64,000 bases of DNA, taken from an uncultured virus (IMG/VR IMGVR_UViG_3300037242_000028). Its lineage: Duplodnaviria; Heunggongvirae; Uroviricota; Caudoviricetes. The notes under the pieces are model-generated. The model saw nothing but the letters and a program-made list of their open reading frames with translations, was not told where the DNA came from and did not search any database. The stretch lies in the IMG/VR virus record IMGVR_UViG_3300037242_000028; one strand, written 5' to 3'. The first letter of the stretch is position 1; the number at the start of each line of letters is the position of its first letter. Of this stretch, positions 31,028 to 41,281 are shown one piece after another. A program made the translations under genes and the position numbers.

Positions 31028-31348
31028 ATGCACAACCCCCTCGAAGCCGCGCATCTCATTCCGTATAAAGCTGGATGTCTTGCCGCCTATCACCCGCACG
31101 ATTTATGCGCGCCCATAAATTTGGAGTGGGCGCACAAAAACAAGTGCAACAAAGCAGTGGAACTCCCCCCGCATCAATGGGCGGAACACGCCGCCACCCA
31201 CGGCATACGACGTGTATCTGATGACGTTAAAAAGGTGTGGAGCGATTTCAATGTTCCGATGGCGGTAGAGCGCAGCCCGGTGACCCGGAGAAAACTAGAA
31301 GCGGCGAAGGGCCCACCTACGCATTGCTATTACTGCGGCGAGGCTTGA
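31028..31348 (+). CDS. HNH-like protein or remnant
   Basis: LEAAHLIP...NLEWAH..KCN. Confidence 0.4.
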   Translation: MHNPLEAAHLIPYKAGCLAAYHPHDLCAPINLEWAHKNKCNKAVELPPHQWAEHAATHGIRRVSDDVKKVWSDFNVPMAVERSPVTRRKLEAAKGPPTHCYYCGEA

Positions 31349-31677
31349 CCATGCAGGGGATTGGCGAAATCAGACGGGCGAACGCCCAAGCGGGCGACAA
31401 GTTCGGCGGCGTAGGCGCGGATGGCGAAGGCACGCCATGGATTATCCTACGCCGACCGGACAACACCATCGCGCCGTGGGCCGTCATCCGTAGGGGAGAT
31501 GGCATCATTGTCGGCGAGCACGCGAAAATCAGCCAAGCTCGCAAGCAAGTTGCTCGCCTTATCAGGGCGGCATAAAGAGCTACGCGAGTCCGGGCCTCCT
31601 ACCCGGGCCGCGTATTGCGGGAGCGAGTTGCCCCGCCAGCATCCAAAGGCCCGTTGTGCGCGGTGTCCCGGATGCTC

Positions 31678-31722
31678 AGACCCCGGCGGGCTTCTGCCCC
31701 CTCCCGCCCGCCGGGGTTCTTG
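31678..31722 (+). terminator. intrinsic terminator, last of several hairpins
   Basis: ACCCCGGCGGG/CCCGCCGGGGT followed by TCTT. Confidence 0.55.
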
Positions 31723-32103
31723 ACTTCGGTAACCAATCCAGCTAGTGAGACGGGCTCCGCAGGAGGGTCCCCCATGAAGTTCGTTGTCGAACATTTCAAC
31801 GACGGCCAAGCGTCCTACGCCCGAGGCGTCGGCCTTCGCACTGTCGCCGAAAAATTCTCAACTATGATGGACGGCGGCCAAGATGACGAAGCCTGTTCGC
31901 TTTTGGTCGGCTATCTCGACGGCGTGGTCGCGTCCATCCGGCGCACCGATAACCTCCTCCTCATGCCGAAAGGACCGGACGGGTGAGCGAAACTCCGGTG
32001 ACTCGCGTCGTCAATACCGAATGTACCATGAGCACCGATTGCATGTGCGCGGCCACGAAGGGTCGCCCCGATCCAACTTGCGTTCATTACAGGACAGTAG
32101 CCC

Positions 32104-32733
32104 ATGTCGAAGTCCCGAAAGCTAAAGGCATTGTCATCGCGTAGGATGTCGATTAAGCTGGCCAGATCGGCGTTCATCGCCGCCGAACGGCATCGCCGGT
32201 TGCCCCCGATAACGGTGACGGATGGATACGGTCACGCATTCCCGCCGCCGCCCCCGACACCCGCCGAAGCTGAGAACGCGCGACTCGTGCGGCAACGCGG
32301 TGCGAAGCCGAGCAATCCGAAGGATGCACTCGGCATTCTGAAAGCTCCGTTCTCGACCATCTCCGCCCCGGTGATGGCCGAAGTCGGCGTCGGGATGCTC
32401 GAAGGCGCGCTGAAATATGGACGCCACAACTACCGCGCCATTGGTGTGCGGGCGAGCGTCTATTACGATGCCACCATGCGCCACCTTACGGCATGGTGGG
32501 AGGGCGAGGACTTCGATCCCGAGTCATTCGTGGGTCTGCACCACGTCACCAAAGCTATCGCCGGGCTCACTGTCATTCGCGACGCGATGATCCAAGGTAA
32601 GTTCACCGACGACCGGCCGCCCAAGACGAAAGATGGTTGGATGGTTCCGCTCAATGAGAAGGTCAAGGCGCTGGTCGCGAAGTACCCGACCCCGGTGCCG
32701 CCGTATATCGAAGGCGACGAGAGGATTAAATGA
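32104..32733 (+). CDS. dATP/dGTP diphosphohydrolase (DUF5664)
   Basis: NPKD, GALKYGRHNYR, YYDATMRHL.AWWEGED.DPES..GLHH. Confidence 0.85.
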   Translation: MSKSRKLKALSSRRMSIKLARSAFIAAERHRRLPPITVTDGYGHAFPPPPPTPAEAENARLVRQRGAKPSNPKDALGILKAPFSTISAPVMAEVGVGMLEGALKYGRHNYRAIGVRASVYYDATMRHLTAWWEGEDFDPESFVGLHHVTKAIAGLTVIRDAMIQGKFTDDRPPKTKDGWMVPLNEKVKALVAKYPTPVPPYIEGDERIK

Positions 32734-33181
32734 CAACCAAGTCAACGACCATCGACAAGCTCGCGAAGAAAAAGCGCACGCTGTCGCCGACGCCACAACC
32801 CGAGTGGCAAAATCCGCGCGTGCCGCAGCCGCTCGAAGCCATCGCAAACGCGAGAACGCTGACTGTGCTAGAGCTTGCACAAAATGTCGCCGGACTCGGC
32901 GCTGCGCCCGAAGTGCTCGCCGCCGTCATCATCGCGCAAGCCGCCGACCGCCTCGGCGCGAAGATGATCGAGGCTGCGGCCGTGGGGCGCTACCGTGGCG
33001 CGTAAACTCAAAGATCGTTTGTACCGTGCAGGTTTGGGGTGCGTGCTTGATGCCGATGAGGCAGGGGTCATTCGTGGACTTCATACCGCCCTGTGGCGGA
33101 TTAGCACCGAAAATGTTAGTGCGGAGAAAGCGCGTGATATAGCTACACGAATGCTCTCCCTTTTTGAACAACGGTGTGGTG

Positions 33182-33622
33182 ATGGCTAGAGAGTCGGCCC
33201 TGTGGGCGCGTATCCGGGATACGGCTATCCCCGAGCTTAGATCGAACGGCCACGCCGTTGATTTGCAACGGCTTGAGAACGCCGTCGCCGCCGGGCACCC
33301 CGACGTGGAGGGGTGCATCGACGGGCTACAGATTTGGATTGAAATGAAATCCGAACTGCGCCCGGCGCGGCCGTCAACGGCGATCCACCCCAAGACGCGC
33401 GAGTCACAATCCATCTGGCACCGGCAACGCGCGAAGGCTGGCTTTCGTCAGCATTGGGTGCTACTACAAGTTGGCGAGCACCGGAAGTCGAGCTTGTACT
33501 TGATCCCGGGCGACCGATATGATGAAATAGAGACAACCGAAGCCGAGCTTGAACTGCTGAGTATGATCCCCCCTGCCGCCAGTCCAGCCGACGCTCTATT
33601 ACGGGCAATACGTGGATGGTGA
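33182..33622 (+). CDS. VRR-NUC/resolvase-like PD-(D/E)XK nuclease
   Basis: ESALW, RLEN...GHPDV...WIEMK...Q..W. Confidence 0.8.
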   Translation: MARESALWARIRDTAIPELRSNGHAVDLQRLENAVAAGHPDVEGCIDGLQIWIEMKSELRPARPSTAIHPKTRESQSIWHRQRAKAGFRQHWVLLQVGEHRKSSLYLIPGDRYDEIETTEAELELLSMIPPAASPADALLRAIRGW

Positions 33623-33625
33623 GCA

Positions 33626-33982
33626 ATGACGACAAAACCTGTAAAGGTCCCTATGGCCCCGGAGCACCGGCTGGCTCGCCGCCGGGCGCTTGCGCGCAAG
33701 TACAACACGATCCGAGAATTCGCTACGGTGCTGATCCAGCTTGTACGTCATCGCGACGAGGACCGCCGGGATATTGGCTTCGACTACGGCGACATCCACG
33801 ACGCCATCCTGCGCAAATTCCCCACGGTCAAGAGCAACGGGCCGCACCGAGGCCGCCCGACAAAGATGCCGATCAAAGAACTTCACGAGATTGCCTGCGA
33901 GCTAAACAGGAACGGTGTCAAGCTCCCATTCAGGCCGCGTCGGCGAACATCTAATAAAGCGAAAAAGAAGCAAAGCCATTGA
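33626..33982 (+). CDS. basic hypothetical protein
   Basis: Coupled ORF. Confidence 0.55.
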   Translation: MTTKPVKVPMAPEHRLARRRALARKYNTIREFATVLIQLVRHRDEDRRDIGFDYGDIHDAILRKFPTVKSNGPHRGRPTKMPIKELHEIACELNRNGVKLPFRPRRRTSNKAKKKQSH

Positions 33983-34189
33983 CCCGCAAACAAAAATCGC
34001 CTAGCACTGTGACCGCTAAACAACGCCATGAGCGTTCGGCGAAAGGGTTGGCGATGTACCAACGGTACAACGCTTCGCCCCAAGGTCGGGAACGCTCATT
34101 TCGTTTCAAGCACAGCCCGAAGGGCGTAGCGGCGATAATACGTTTTGAAACTTCGCCGCGAGCAATTGAAAAAGCATGGAGGCGTCGTC

Positions 34190-35329
34190 ATGGATCGTCA
34201 CCCCAAGAAAACCCTTCAAAATCTGTTCGACGACCAAACCGAAATCCTTCGACGCTCCCGTAAAGAAGTCCTCGACCTTCGACGCATCATCAACGGGCAT
34301 TCCGAAGATCAACTCACCGCCGAAAAAGTCCGCAAGGAAATTCTCGGCATCGCCGAATACTCCCCCGAGCCGCCGAAGTGGCTCAACGTCACCCCCGGCA
34401 AATCCACCACCGGCATCCCGCTTCTCTCCCTCGGCGATTGGCATTGGGGCGAGACCGTGGACCGCGATCAAGTCGGCGGCATCAACGAATTCAATCGGGC
34501 CATCGGCCGGGAGCGCGTTCGCCGACTCAATGAGGCGGTGATCGACCTTTGCTTCAACCACATGACGAACCCGAGCTACCCCGGGGCGGTCATTCCGCTG
34601 ATCGGCGATTTCATCACCGGCAACATCCATGAGGACCTTGCGCAGACCAATGACGGGCCGGTGATGTGGTCCGTCAATGAGGTTGAGAACCAACTGATCG
34701 GCCTTATCCTCTCATGGAAAAAGAAATTCAAGAAGCTCGCCATCGTTGCAGTCCCCGGCAATCACGGCCGCAACACGCCGAAGCCGCGCATCAATAACAA
34801 GATTTACGAGAGCTACGAGTGGCTGATCTATTGCCACATCGAGCAATACTTCCGCAACGATCCCGACGTGTCGGTCTACGTACCGAACGAGGTTGACGCG
34901 CACTTCTCGATCTTCGGCCATCGCTTCATGCTCACGCACGGCGACACGCTCGGCGTCAAGGGTGGCGACGGCCTGATCGGCGCGCTCGGCCCCATCGCTC
35001 GCGGCGCGATGAAGATCGGCGCGCAGCAACGGCAAATCGGTCGCGACTTCGACACGTTGCTGATCGGTCACTTCCACTTCTCCCTCCCGCGTGGAGACGC
35101 GACTCCGGTGCTGGTCAACCCGGCGCTCATGGGCCACAACACCTACGCCCATTTGCAGCTACGCGTTCGCGCATCCGATCCGGCTCAAGCTCTGGCCTTT
35201 ATCCATCCGAAATGGGGCTTCACCGCTCAATGGAAGATGATCCTCGACGGACGCCGCAAGGTGAAGAACGCCGACCCGTGGTTCGTGTGGGGCGGTGCCC
35301 GCACCAATCGCGATCTTAACTTGGGGTGA
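34190..35329 (+). CDS. calcineurin-like metallophosphoesterase
   Basis: GDWH, GDFITG, PGNHG, THGD, GHFH. GGAGG RBS. Confidence 0.88.
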   Translation: MDRHPKKTLQNLFDDQTEILRRSRKEVLDLRRIINGHSEDQLTAEKVRKEILGIAEYSPEPPKWLNVTPGKSTTGIPLLSLGDWHWGETVDRDQVGGINEFNRAIGRERVRRLNEAVIDLCFNHMTNPSYPGAVIPLIGDFITGNIHEDLAQTNDGPVMWSVNEVENQLIGLILSWKKKFKKLAIVAVPGNHGRNTPKPRINNKIYESYEWLIYCHIEQYFRNDPDVSVYVPNEVDAHFSIFGHRFMLTHGDTLGVKGGDGLIGALGPIARGAMKIGAQQRQIGRDFDTLLIGHFHFSLPRGDATPVLVNPALMGHNTYAHLQLRVRASDPAQALAFIHPKWGFTAQWKMILDGRRKVKNADPWFVWGGARTNRDLNLG

Positions 35330-35332
35330 GCG

Positions 35333-35773
35333 ATGCGGCGCGCCACGGTACGCGATATTGACGCGCTAGTATCCTTGGAGAACGCGTGTTTCAAGTCGGA
35401 CCGCGAGTCCCGCGAGGACTTCCTTCTATTTATCCGTTCCCCTCTCGCCATTCTCTTGATCGAGACTGAGCGTGACCGCGCTGTTGGATACGCTTTGGTC
35501 ATGTGTAGCCGATTTCAAGCCCCGCGCCTCTTTAGTCTTTGTTCGAGAAAACGAGGCTTCGGTCGTAAAATGCTGGCCGCTGCCGAGCGGGCTACTGCGG
35601 AACGGGGCCACCGAAAACTGAGTCTTAAAGTTCGAGTTGATAACCTGCGCGCCATTGATCTATACGAGCGAGCAGGTTATAAGCGGCGGCTCCCTGATTT
35701 GAGGAACTATTATGTGGATCACTCAAACGCGCGGCGGTATGTGAAATGGCTGACGACCGAGTCTGCGACCTGA
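35333..35773 (+). CDS. GNAT acetyltransferase (RimI-like)
   Basis: RGFGRKML, LKVRVDNLRAIDLYERAGY, NYYVD. Confidence 0.85.
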   Translation: MRRATVRDIDALVSLENACFKSDRESREDFLLFIRSPLAILLIETERDRAVGYALVMCSRFQAPRLFSLCSRKRGFGRKMLAAAERATAERGHRKLSLKVRVDNLRAIDLYERAGYKRRLPDLRNYYVDHSNARRYVKWLTTESAT

Positions 35774-36823
35774 GAAGCGGGTGCCATTGCGTTACGCGCG
35801 GTGTCCGCGATGACGGCTCCCACTTCGATAAAAAGAAGCGGGACGCGTGCGAACACTTTCATTTCCCGAGTCCCGGCATGATTAGCAAGCGCACGACAAA
35901 GCGCAGCGACTTGCGCGACGCCGGGGAATACTCGATCCTCAACAACCGGCCATTCTCCGAACAGCCATTGCCCGGCGACTACACGCCCGCGCAAATCCGC
36001 AAGGGAGTGAAGCCCGAGCAGGTCATGGGCATGGAGAAAGCCGGGCGCGGGCGTGCGATACTAGCGAAGCGCGAGGCCGAACGTGCGGCGGCGCGGCGCG
36101 AGATTGCAATACGTCAAGCGAGGAAAAAGAAATGAGGCTCGCCCTAATTTTGACGTTCGGACTCGTAGTTGTGCTCATAGTTCTTGGCGACGCCGAGAGC
36201 AACAAGCGCAAGCTCGCCGAATGCGTCAACGTCTGCGCGATGTTTCAACAGACAGCCGATGGAGCTATAACGTGCGCGCGGAAGTGCGCGCGTGCGTACC
36301 CCCAATGACCGAGAAGCCGCTGCCACGCTTTCCCAAGCTCGGCACCACGAATGATTTGTGGAACGACGCACTCGAAACGGCGGCTTGCGCCGTCGAGAAT
36401 GACCACTCCATACCGAGCATGTATCGCTTTCGCGGGGCTGAGACGATCCGTAAGCTTAAGAGGCGAACATGATCTTCTTTAGATATGGATGGCGGGTTGA
36501 CTGGATCAACATGGGCGGCTACTTTATCCATCACACGGATGTCCCCAACACGATACGTCAAATCAAGGAGTTGGGGAAATGCGCACCATCATCGGAGGAG
36601 TTATCGCAGTCCTCGTCGTCGGGCTAGTGTACTTCCACACGCCGGACGGCGGCCCCATCGCCATTGACCCGGCGGGCGGTCAGGTGATAATCAGGCCGTC
36701 GCCACCCGGCTACATCTGTTGCACGCTGATCCAAACTGGAACCGGAATGCCGATTGTCGTCAAGGAGTCATTCTGTGTTGTGGCACACGCACTCGACCGA
36801 AAATGCAAAAAGGATGTCCCCAA

Positions 36824-37274
36824 ATGAAGATTTATTTCGCCGGGCCGCTCTTTACCACTGCCGAACGCAACTTCAACGCTACCGTCGTCGAGTTTCTCCC
36901 GCCAGAAGGGGCATGAAGTGTTCCTGCCGCAAGAGCAAGAACAACGCGACGCCACATCCGACACGATCTTCGCGAGCGATGTCGGCGGCATAGATTGGTG
37001 CGAAGCCATCGTCGCCAACATGGACGGCGCGGACCCGGATAGCGGGACGTGCTTTGAAGTCGGCGAGGCGTGGCGCACCAAGCTGTCAGTGCTGTACCGC
37101 ACCGACATCCGCGAGGAGGGCCCGCCGTTCGGCCCGTACAATCTAATGCTCCACCGGGCGGCCAACGCCGTCATTAACCTTCAATGGAAAAGCCCCAAAG
37201 AAGTTTCCGAAGCGATTGACGCGGCCCTCGTCGCTCTGTATAGCAGTGGGGCGATCCCAAAAGGGATGCGTTAA
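36824..37274 (+). pseudogene. nucleoside 2-deoxyribosyltransferase-like gene with a frameshift near 36900
   Basis: MKIYFAGPLFT.AER in one frame continues as EVFLPQE...D...DSGTCFEVG...NLM in another. One extra C in CTCCCG. Confidence 0.8.
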
Positions 37275-37294
37275 CCCAATTGAGGTAGGTCCCC

Positions 37295-37741
37295 ATGTTT
37301 GACTTCGACACGGCGGTGCAAACCGTCCTCTCCCCGGCGTTCACGCTCTCAGTGATCGTCGTTCTCGTCGGCCTAGTCCTACTGCAATGGCTGGTCTTTG
37401 GCCGTCGTCTCAGCAAAGTGCACCACGGTCATCATCGCTTTATCGCCACTCTGGTGGCGACGCTGGCCGACACCGCCACTCAGGAAATACAGCGTCGGGA
37501 ACGGCGCGCCGCCGACAAGGCAATCGAATACACCTACAGCACCTTGAAGAATGTCGGGTGGGACAAGCTGGCTCGCGGCGATGTCACCATCGAGGATTTT
37601 ATTTACGGCACCCCGTCCCGGGACGACAAAGTTCGCCAGAATACGGAATTCTCGCTGGACGAGCTTTATGAAGCCCTCCGACCGGGCGGCGGCACCGGCG
37701 GCAAGCTCAACGGTAGCGATGACAATGCTGGCGGGCTTTGA
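37295..37741 (+). CDS. membrane protein
   Basis: GAGGT RBS. N-terminal transmembrane segment. Confidence 0.6.
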   Translation: MFDFDTAVQTVLSPAFTLSVIVVLVGLVLLQWLVFGRRLSKVHHGHHRFIATLVATLADTATQEIQRRERRAADKAIEYTYSTLKNVGWDKLARGDVTIEDFIYGTPSRDDKVRQNTEFSLDELYEALRPGGGTGGKLNGSDDNAGGL

Positions 37742-37889
37742 CTCCGCTACGATGGCAAAGCGTGCCGACGCGCAACGCAAGTCGGCGGATGTCGAGCCGG
37801 GGCCGAAAGCCGAAGGTCGCCCGTTCCACTTCACGGGCGGTAGCCGCAGCCCGCGCGCCGGTTAAAAAGTTTTTGGGATTTGCTAGGGC

Positions 37890-37927
37890 ATCGCGCCGGG
37901 CGGTCACGTCCGGCGCGATTTTTATTT
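37890..37927 (+). terminator. intrinsic terminator at the convergence point
   Basis: ATCGCGCCGGGCG/CGTCCGGCGCGAT followed by a T-tract. Confidence 0.75.
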
Positions 37928-38419
37928 AATCTCGAAAGTTGTCGCGTAGACGTCGTGGACCGGGTAGAGGAATTGCTGGAACGAATTGCACCACCGAACA
38001 GCTTCCGAATTATATGTTGCGGTCCCCGGGCTTAGACCCAACGGCACTGAGAACGGCTTGGTGAAAGTGAAAACCTTGCCTCGCTCGATGCCGAGGTTAT
38101 GATGGAACACTGGCACGGCGTCGAGTTGAATGAGCGTGCCCTTCGAGTCCGTAATCGAACGGTGCACGACGCCGTCACAGTCATTGTCCTGCGTGCCCTG
38201 AAAAATTATGAGTGCCGGTTGGCCTACGCGAGCCGGGTTAGGCGTGACAGACAGGGCGTGAATGGTTTCGATATTTCGGTCACCGAAAATCTCGATGGCC
38301 GCGTAGGAGATGAATGCCGCCAGTATGAACGGCGGCAAATTCAGCCACACTAGCTTAAACCAAGGCCGGTTGGTCCAATGCCAGTTCTGTGTGGGATCAT
38401 CGTGCAGTGGATTTTCCAT
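37922..38419 (-). CDS. single-pass membrane protein, lysis region
   Basis: One transmembrane segment, then a beta-rich domain with two Cys. Confidence 0.6.
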   Translation of the reverse strand: MENPLHDDPTQNWHWTNRPWFKLVWLNLPPFILAAFISYAAIEIFGDRNIETIHALSVTPNPARVGQPALIIFQGTQDNDCDGVVHRSITDSKGTLIQLDAVPVFHHNLGIERGKVFTFTKPFSVPLGLSPGTATYNSEAVRWCNSFQQFLYPVHDVYATTFEIK

Positions 38420-38423
38420 GATT

Positions 38424-38657
38424 TTAATTCCCAACTCCGTGATGAAGAAAAGCTTGCACGATAGTGTAGACCGCCAGCAGCGCAGTCGGCAACCCCAACA
38501 CCCACGCGCCCCAAACGCGGATGGACGCCCAAAAGACCACGCGTCTCTCGTACCACTTGAGCACCCGCCGAGTCTGCTGAGACTCACGAGGGTCAAGCGG
38601 CTCTTTGGATAAATCGTTGTCGGGGTCCCACTGAAACGGCATCCGCTTAACCTCCAA
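38424..38657 (-). CDS. small membrane protein (holin/antiholin-like)
   Basis: C-terminal transmembrane segment. Confidence 0.5.
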   Translation of the reverse strand: MEVKRMPFQWDPDNDLSKEPLDPRESQQTRRVLKWYERRVVFWASIRVWGAWVLGLPTALLAVYTIVQAFLHHGVGN

Positions 38658-38937
38658 GGCAATCGCGAACTTGATCCTGCTTTTTGAACGGGAACGCTTT
38701 TACGAAAGCCTCCTCGTCCGGGTCCGGGTTCTTTGATTTCTGGAACGCTTCCTTGACGCCATCGCAGAATGCGCCCGCTATCGGGGGAGGAGACGGAGAA
38801 ACCGCAGGACGCGCCGACCTATGTTTGTGGCCGCAAAAGAAAAAGCATGGCGTGCTGCCGGGCCGCGCGCTCGCGACGACTTCCACGACAAGAATAAGCG
38901 CCAAAGCGAACACAAGAGCGACCACGATGGATTTCAT
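38647..38937 (-). CDS. small exported Cys protein
   Basis: Signal-peptide-like N-terminus. Confidence 0.5.
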   Translation of the reverse strand: MKSIVVALVFALALILVVEVVASARPGSTPCFFFCGHKHRSARPAVSPSPPPIAGAFCDGVKEAFQKSKNPDPDEEAFVKAFPFKKQDQVRDCLGG

Positions 38938-39200
38938 TACCGCACCCGATAGGCTACGCAGCCGAGTCTCTGCCCGATTTGATTTCGCTGCTTCAAGTCC
39001 ATGCCGAGGATCGGCCCGGCGTACCGGCCACTTGTTCTGTTGTAGGTGTTGTAGACGATTGGCCCGACCAGCGCCGAGCAAACGGCGTGTAGGCCAGCGG
39101 GCGACATCTGTACGCAGCCGCCGGGATCGGCCGCGCCCATGAGAAGCGTCGCGAACATGATGATCCAAAAAGGTTTGCGCATCGGGATGTACTTACACAT
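38937..39200 (-). CDS. putative o-spanin (lipoprotein)
   Basis: Signal-like segment ending GGC. Position after the i-spanin. Confidence 0.5.
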   Translation of the reverse strand: MCKYIPMRKPFWIIMFATLLMGAADPGGCVQMSPAGLHAVCSALVGPIVYNTYNRTSGRYAGPILGMDLKQRNQIGQRLGCVAYRVR

Positions 39201-39274
39201 GGCGCTTCCTCCGCCTAAACAGCAATGCGAGCGGGCAAATCAGATAGAGCAAACTCCAATTGGTCCTGCGCATC

Positions 39275-39595
39275 TTAGTTGTCCTTGCTGTCCCACGGGT
39301 CGGCGCGCTTGCGCGCCTTCGGGGCGGTCGTGCCCTTGACGGTCCGGTCTACAAAATTGTTCGTTGCCGCTTGCTGCGCCATGACGTGAGATTTTTCAAG
39401 TTTTATGCCAAAGCCTTCGCCGACGAGGAACGCGACCACGAAAATCGCGAGACCAATGAGGGCTATCTTGGCTTTCACAACGGGGATGAAGTATGCGCCC
39501 GCGAGCAACAGGATAACCACGCCGATGCCGACACCGAAGTGCCAGATCATTGTCCACAATCCAGCGAAGAAGTGCTCGACGAGATACGACAACAT
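39275..39595 (-). CDS. putative i-spanin-like membrane protein
   Basis: Transmembrane segments, helical periplasmic part, DPWD end. Confidence 0.55.
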   Translation of the reverse strand: MLSYLVEHFFAGLWTMIWHFGVGIGVVILLLAGAYFIPVVKAKIALIGLAIFVVAFLVGEGFGIKLEKSHVMAQQAATNNFVDRTVKGTTAPKARKRADPWDSKDN

Positions 39596-39652
39596 AATTC
39601 AGCCCCCCGAAAAAGAGTGTTGGCCCCGCGCCGAAGCGCGGGGCGAGTTTGG

Positions 39653-40078
39653 TTAGACCTTCGCCGCTACGTCAACGACGGCGGCCTTCACATCGGTGGC
39701 TGCGGTCTTGGCCGCAGCCTCAATGGTGGAAGCGGCTTTTTCCCCGACTGTCGTTAGGTCGGAGGCCGTGGACGACGTTCCCGGCGCGGCTGCGGCGGGC
39801 TTAGCCGGTGCCGCCACTAGAGCCGCAGCTACGGGCACGGGCTTGACCGCTACGGTAGCGGGGGCGGCGGGCGCGAGTGTCCCGGTTACTTTGGCGATGG
39901 CATCCGCTTCTGCGGTCTTGAGGGCGGCCAACGCGTTCGTTTCGTTGGCGTTGAGGGCCGTGCGCAGGGAGGAGGGGACGCCCTTGAGCACGTCCTTGAC
40001 GTACCGAACTGTGAACGCACCGATGAGGTATGCGAGCACGAGCGCGCCGTACAGCCACAGTCCTGAAAGCTCGAACAT
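39653..40078 (-). CDS. membrane-anchored Ala/Pro/Thr-rich protein
   Basis: GGAG RBS. N-terminal transmembrane segment. Followed by a cUUCGg hairpin at 39623-39644. Confidence 0.6.
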   Translation of the reverse strand: MFELSGLWLYGALVLAYLIGAFTVRYVKDVLKGVPSSLRTALNANETNALAALKTAEADAIAKVTGTLAPAAPATVAVKPVPVAAALVAAPAKPAAAAPGTSSTASDLTTVGEKAASTIEAAAKTAATDVKAAVVDVAAKV

Positions 40079-40272
40079 GGGAATTACTCCGGGATAAGAG
40101 GGTTGCAAACCTGCCTTTATGGCACGACGGCGGCTCGTCGGCAACCTGAGTTAATTTTCGGGCCGGGCGGGAGCGAACTCCGCCTGAGTCTACCAATCTC
40201 CCCGGCTTGTGACACACCCGCGTCAATTAGGTAGCGGGTGGCCCAAACGCTTACCGGCGGCCCGTATTTTTG

Positions 40273-40815
40273 TCAGTCATCCTTGTGGCAAAGGGCTGTC
40301 TCCGCGTTGCGGCGGCGGACTAGCCCGGTCAATACCCGTCCGTTGGCGTGAACGTAACCCGTGAGCGCGTTGCATGCGGAGGGGTGATTTCGCTTGTAGG
40401 CCGACGACTGAGGCAGGAACGTAGCGTAGTCGCCGCCCGCATTCAAGTAGCGCGTCATCGCCCCGTGAGCGAAGATGCCAGCGCCGAGATTGTACGCGGC
40501 GTCCGTCATCGCCGCTTCGGTCTGCGCGCCCATGACGACGTGGATGTATTTCTTGATGCCGACGTTGTACTTCACCAAGCTCTGTTGAAGAAGATCACTG
40601 CACTGAGCCTTCGTGAACGTGGCGCGCATGGACGGGACAGGTCCGTCAGCTTTCGTCTCCCCATAGCACCACGTAATCGGGTGGCCGGTGCCGACGCGAT
40701 CCACATATGGATGCGCCGCGTAGCCCTCGAAGCTGGCGCACATGGCGACGGTCATCGCGCCCGCGACCGCCCATCCGGTTCTCTGCCGCGCCGTCTGTGG
40801 GACGAAGTTAGGCAT
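40273..40815 (-). CDS. GH24 lysozyme, probable SAR endolysin
   Basis: Gly/Ala-rich N-terminal segment, FEG...YVD...TWCYGET, YNLG, GLVRRR.AE..LC. Confidence 0.92.
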   Translation of the reverse strand: MPNFVPQTARQRTGWAVAGAMTVAMCASFEGYAAHPYVDRVGTGHPITWCYGETKADGPVPSMRATFTKAQCSDLLQQSLVKYNVGIKKYIHVVMGAQTEAAMTDAAYNLGAGIFAHGAMTRYLNAGGDYATFLPQSSAYKRNHPSACNALTGYVHANGRVLTGLVRRRNAETALCHKDD

Positions 40816-41158
40816 CAGGGAGTCCCTTCTGGCCGGTGAAGCGCGCGAAGCAAATCGCTATTGAGAAGCCGACGCTTATGAACATCATGCGCCACGCGCC
40901 GAGGTATTGCTGGAATGACGGGAGTGCAATCCAAAGGCCACCGACGACTGCCCAAAACAAGGCGATCTGTACGCTGCGCAGACGGTGCGCGAGACGCCAC
41001 TCGGGCGCGGCGTGCGCGTCCATCCACAGGGACATGCGGCCCCGCGACGGGAAATTCTGCCACACGCTCTCGATGCACCATCCTACAAAGCCGAGCGCGG
41101 CGATGCCGAGCACGGTGAGGAAGATGATACTGGCGAGAGTTGAGATTGCAGCGTCCAC
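40808..41158 (-). CDS. putative holin
   Basis: Three hydrophobic segments, WR.A....SV and ARF..QK motifs. Overlaps the endolysin start. Confidence 0.65.
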   Translation of the reverse strand: MDAAISTLASIIFLTVLGIAALGFVGWCIESVWQNFPSRGRMSLWMDAHAAPEWRLAHRLRSVQIALFWAVVGGLWIALPSFQQYLGAWRMMFISVGFSIAICFARFTGQKGLPDA

Positions 41159-41281
41159 GGGGACCCCCGAATGTCATGTCGAAGAATACCCCGAAAACGG
41201 GCATAGTTCGACACGGTGCGGGGGGACGCAAGGATCGGTTTATCACCAGCCTGACCCCACGTCAATCGTGAAACGTCTCCG

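Noticed and set aside
32104..32733. 2-aminoadenine (Z) genome pathway
   Set aside because: No purZ in the window, and apparent restriction-site avoidance argues against full base substitution. The rest of the genome is unseen.
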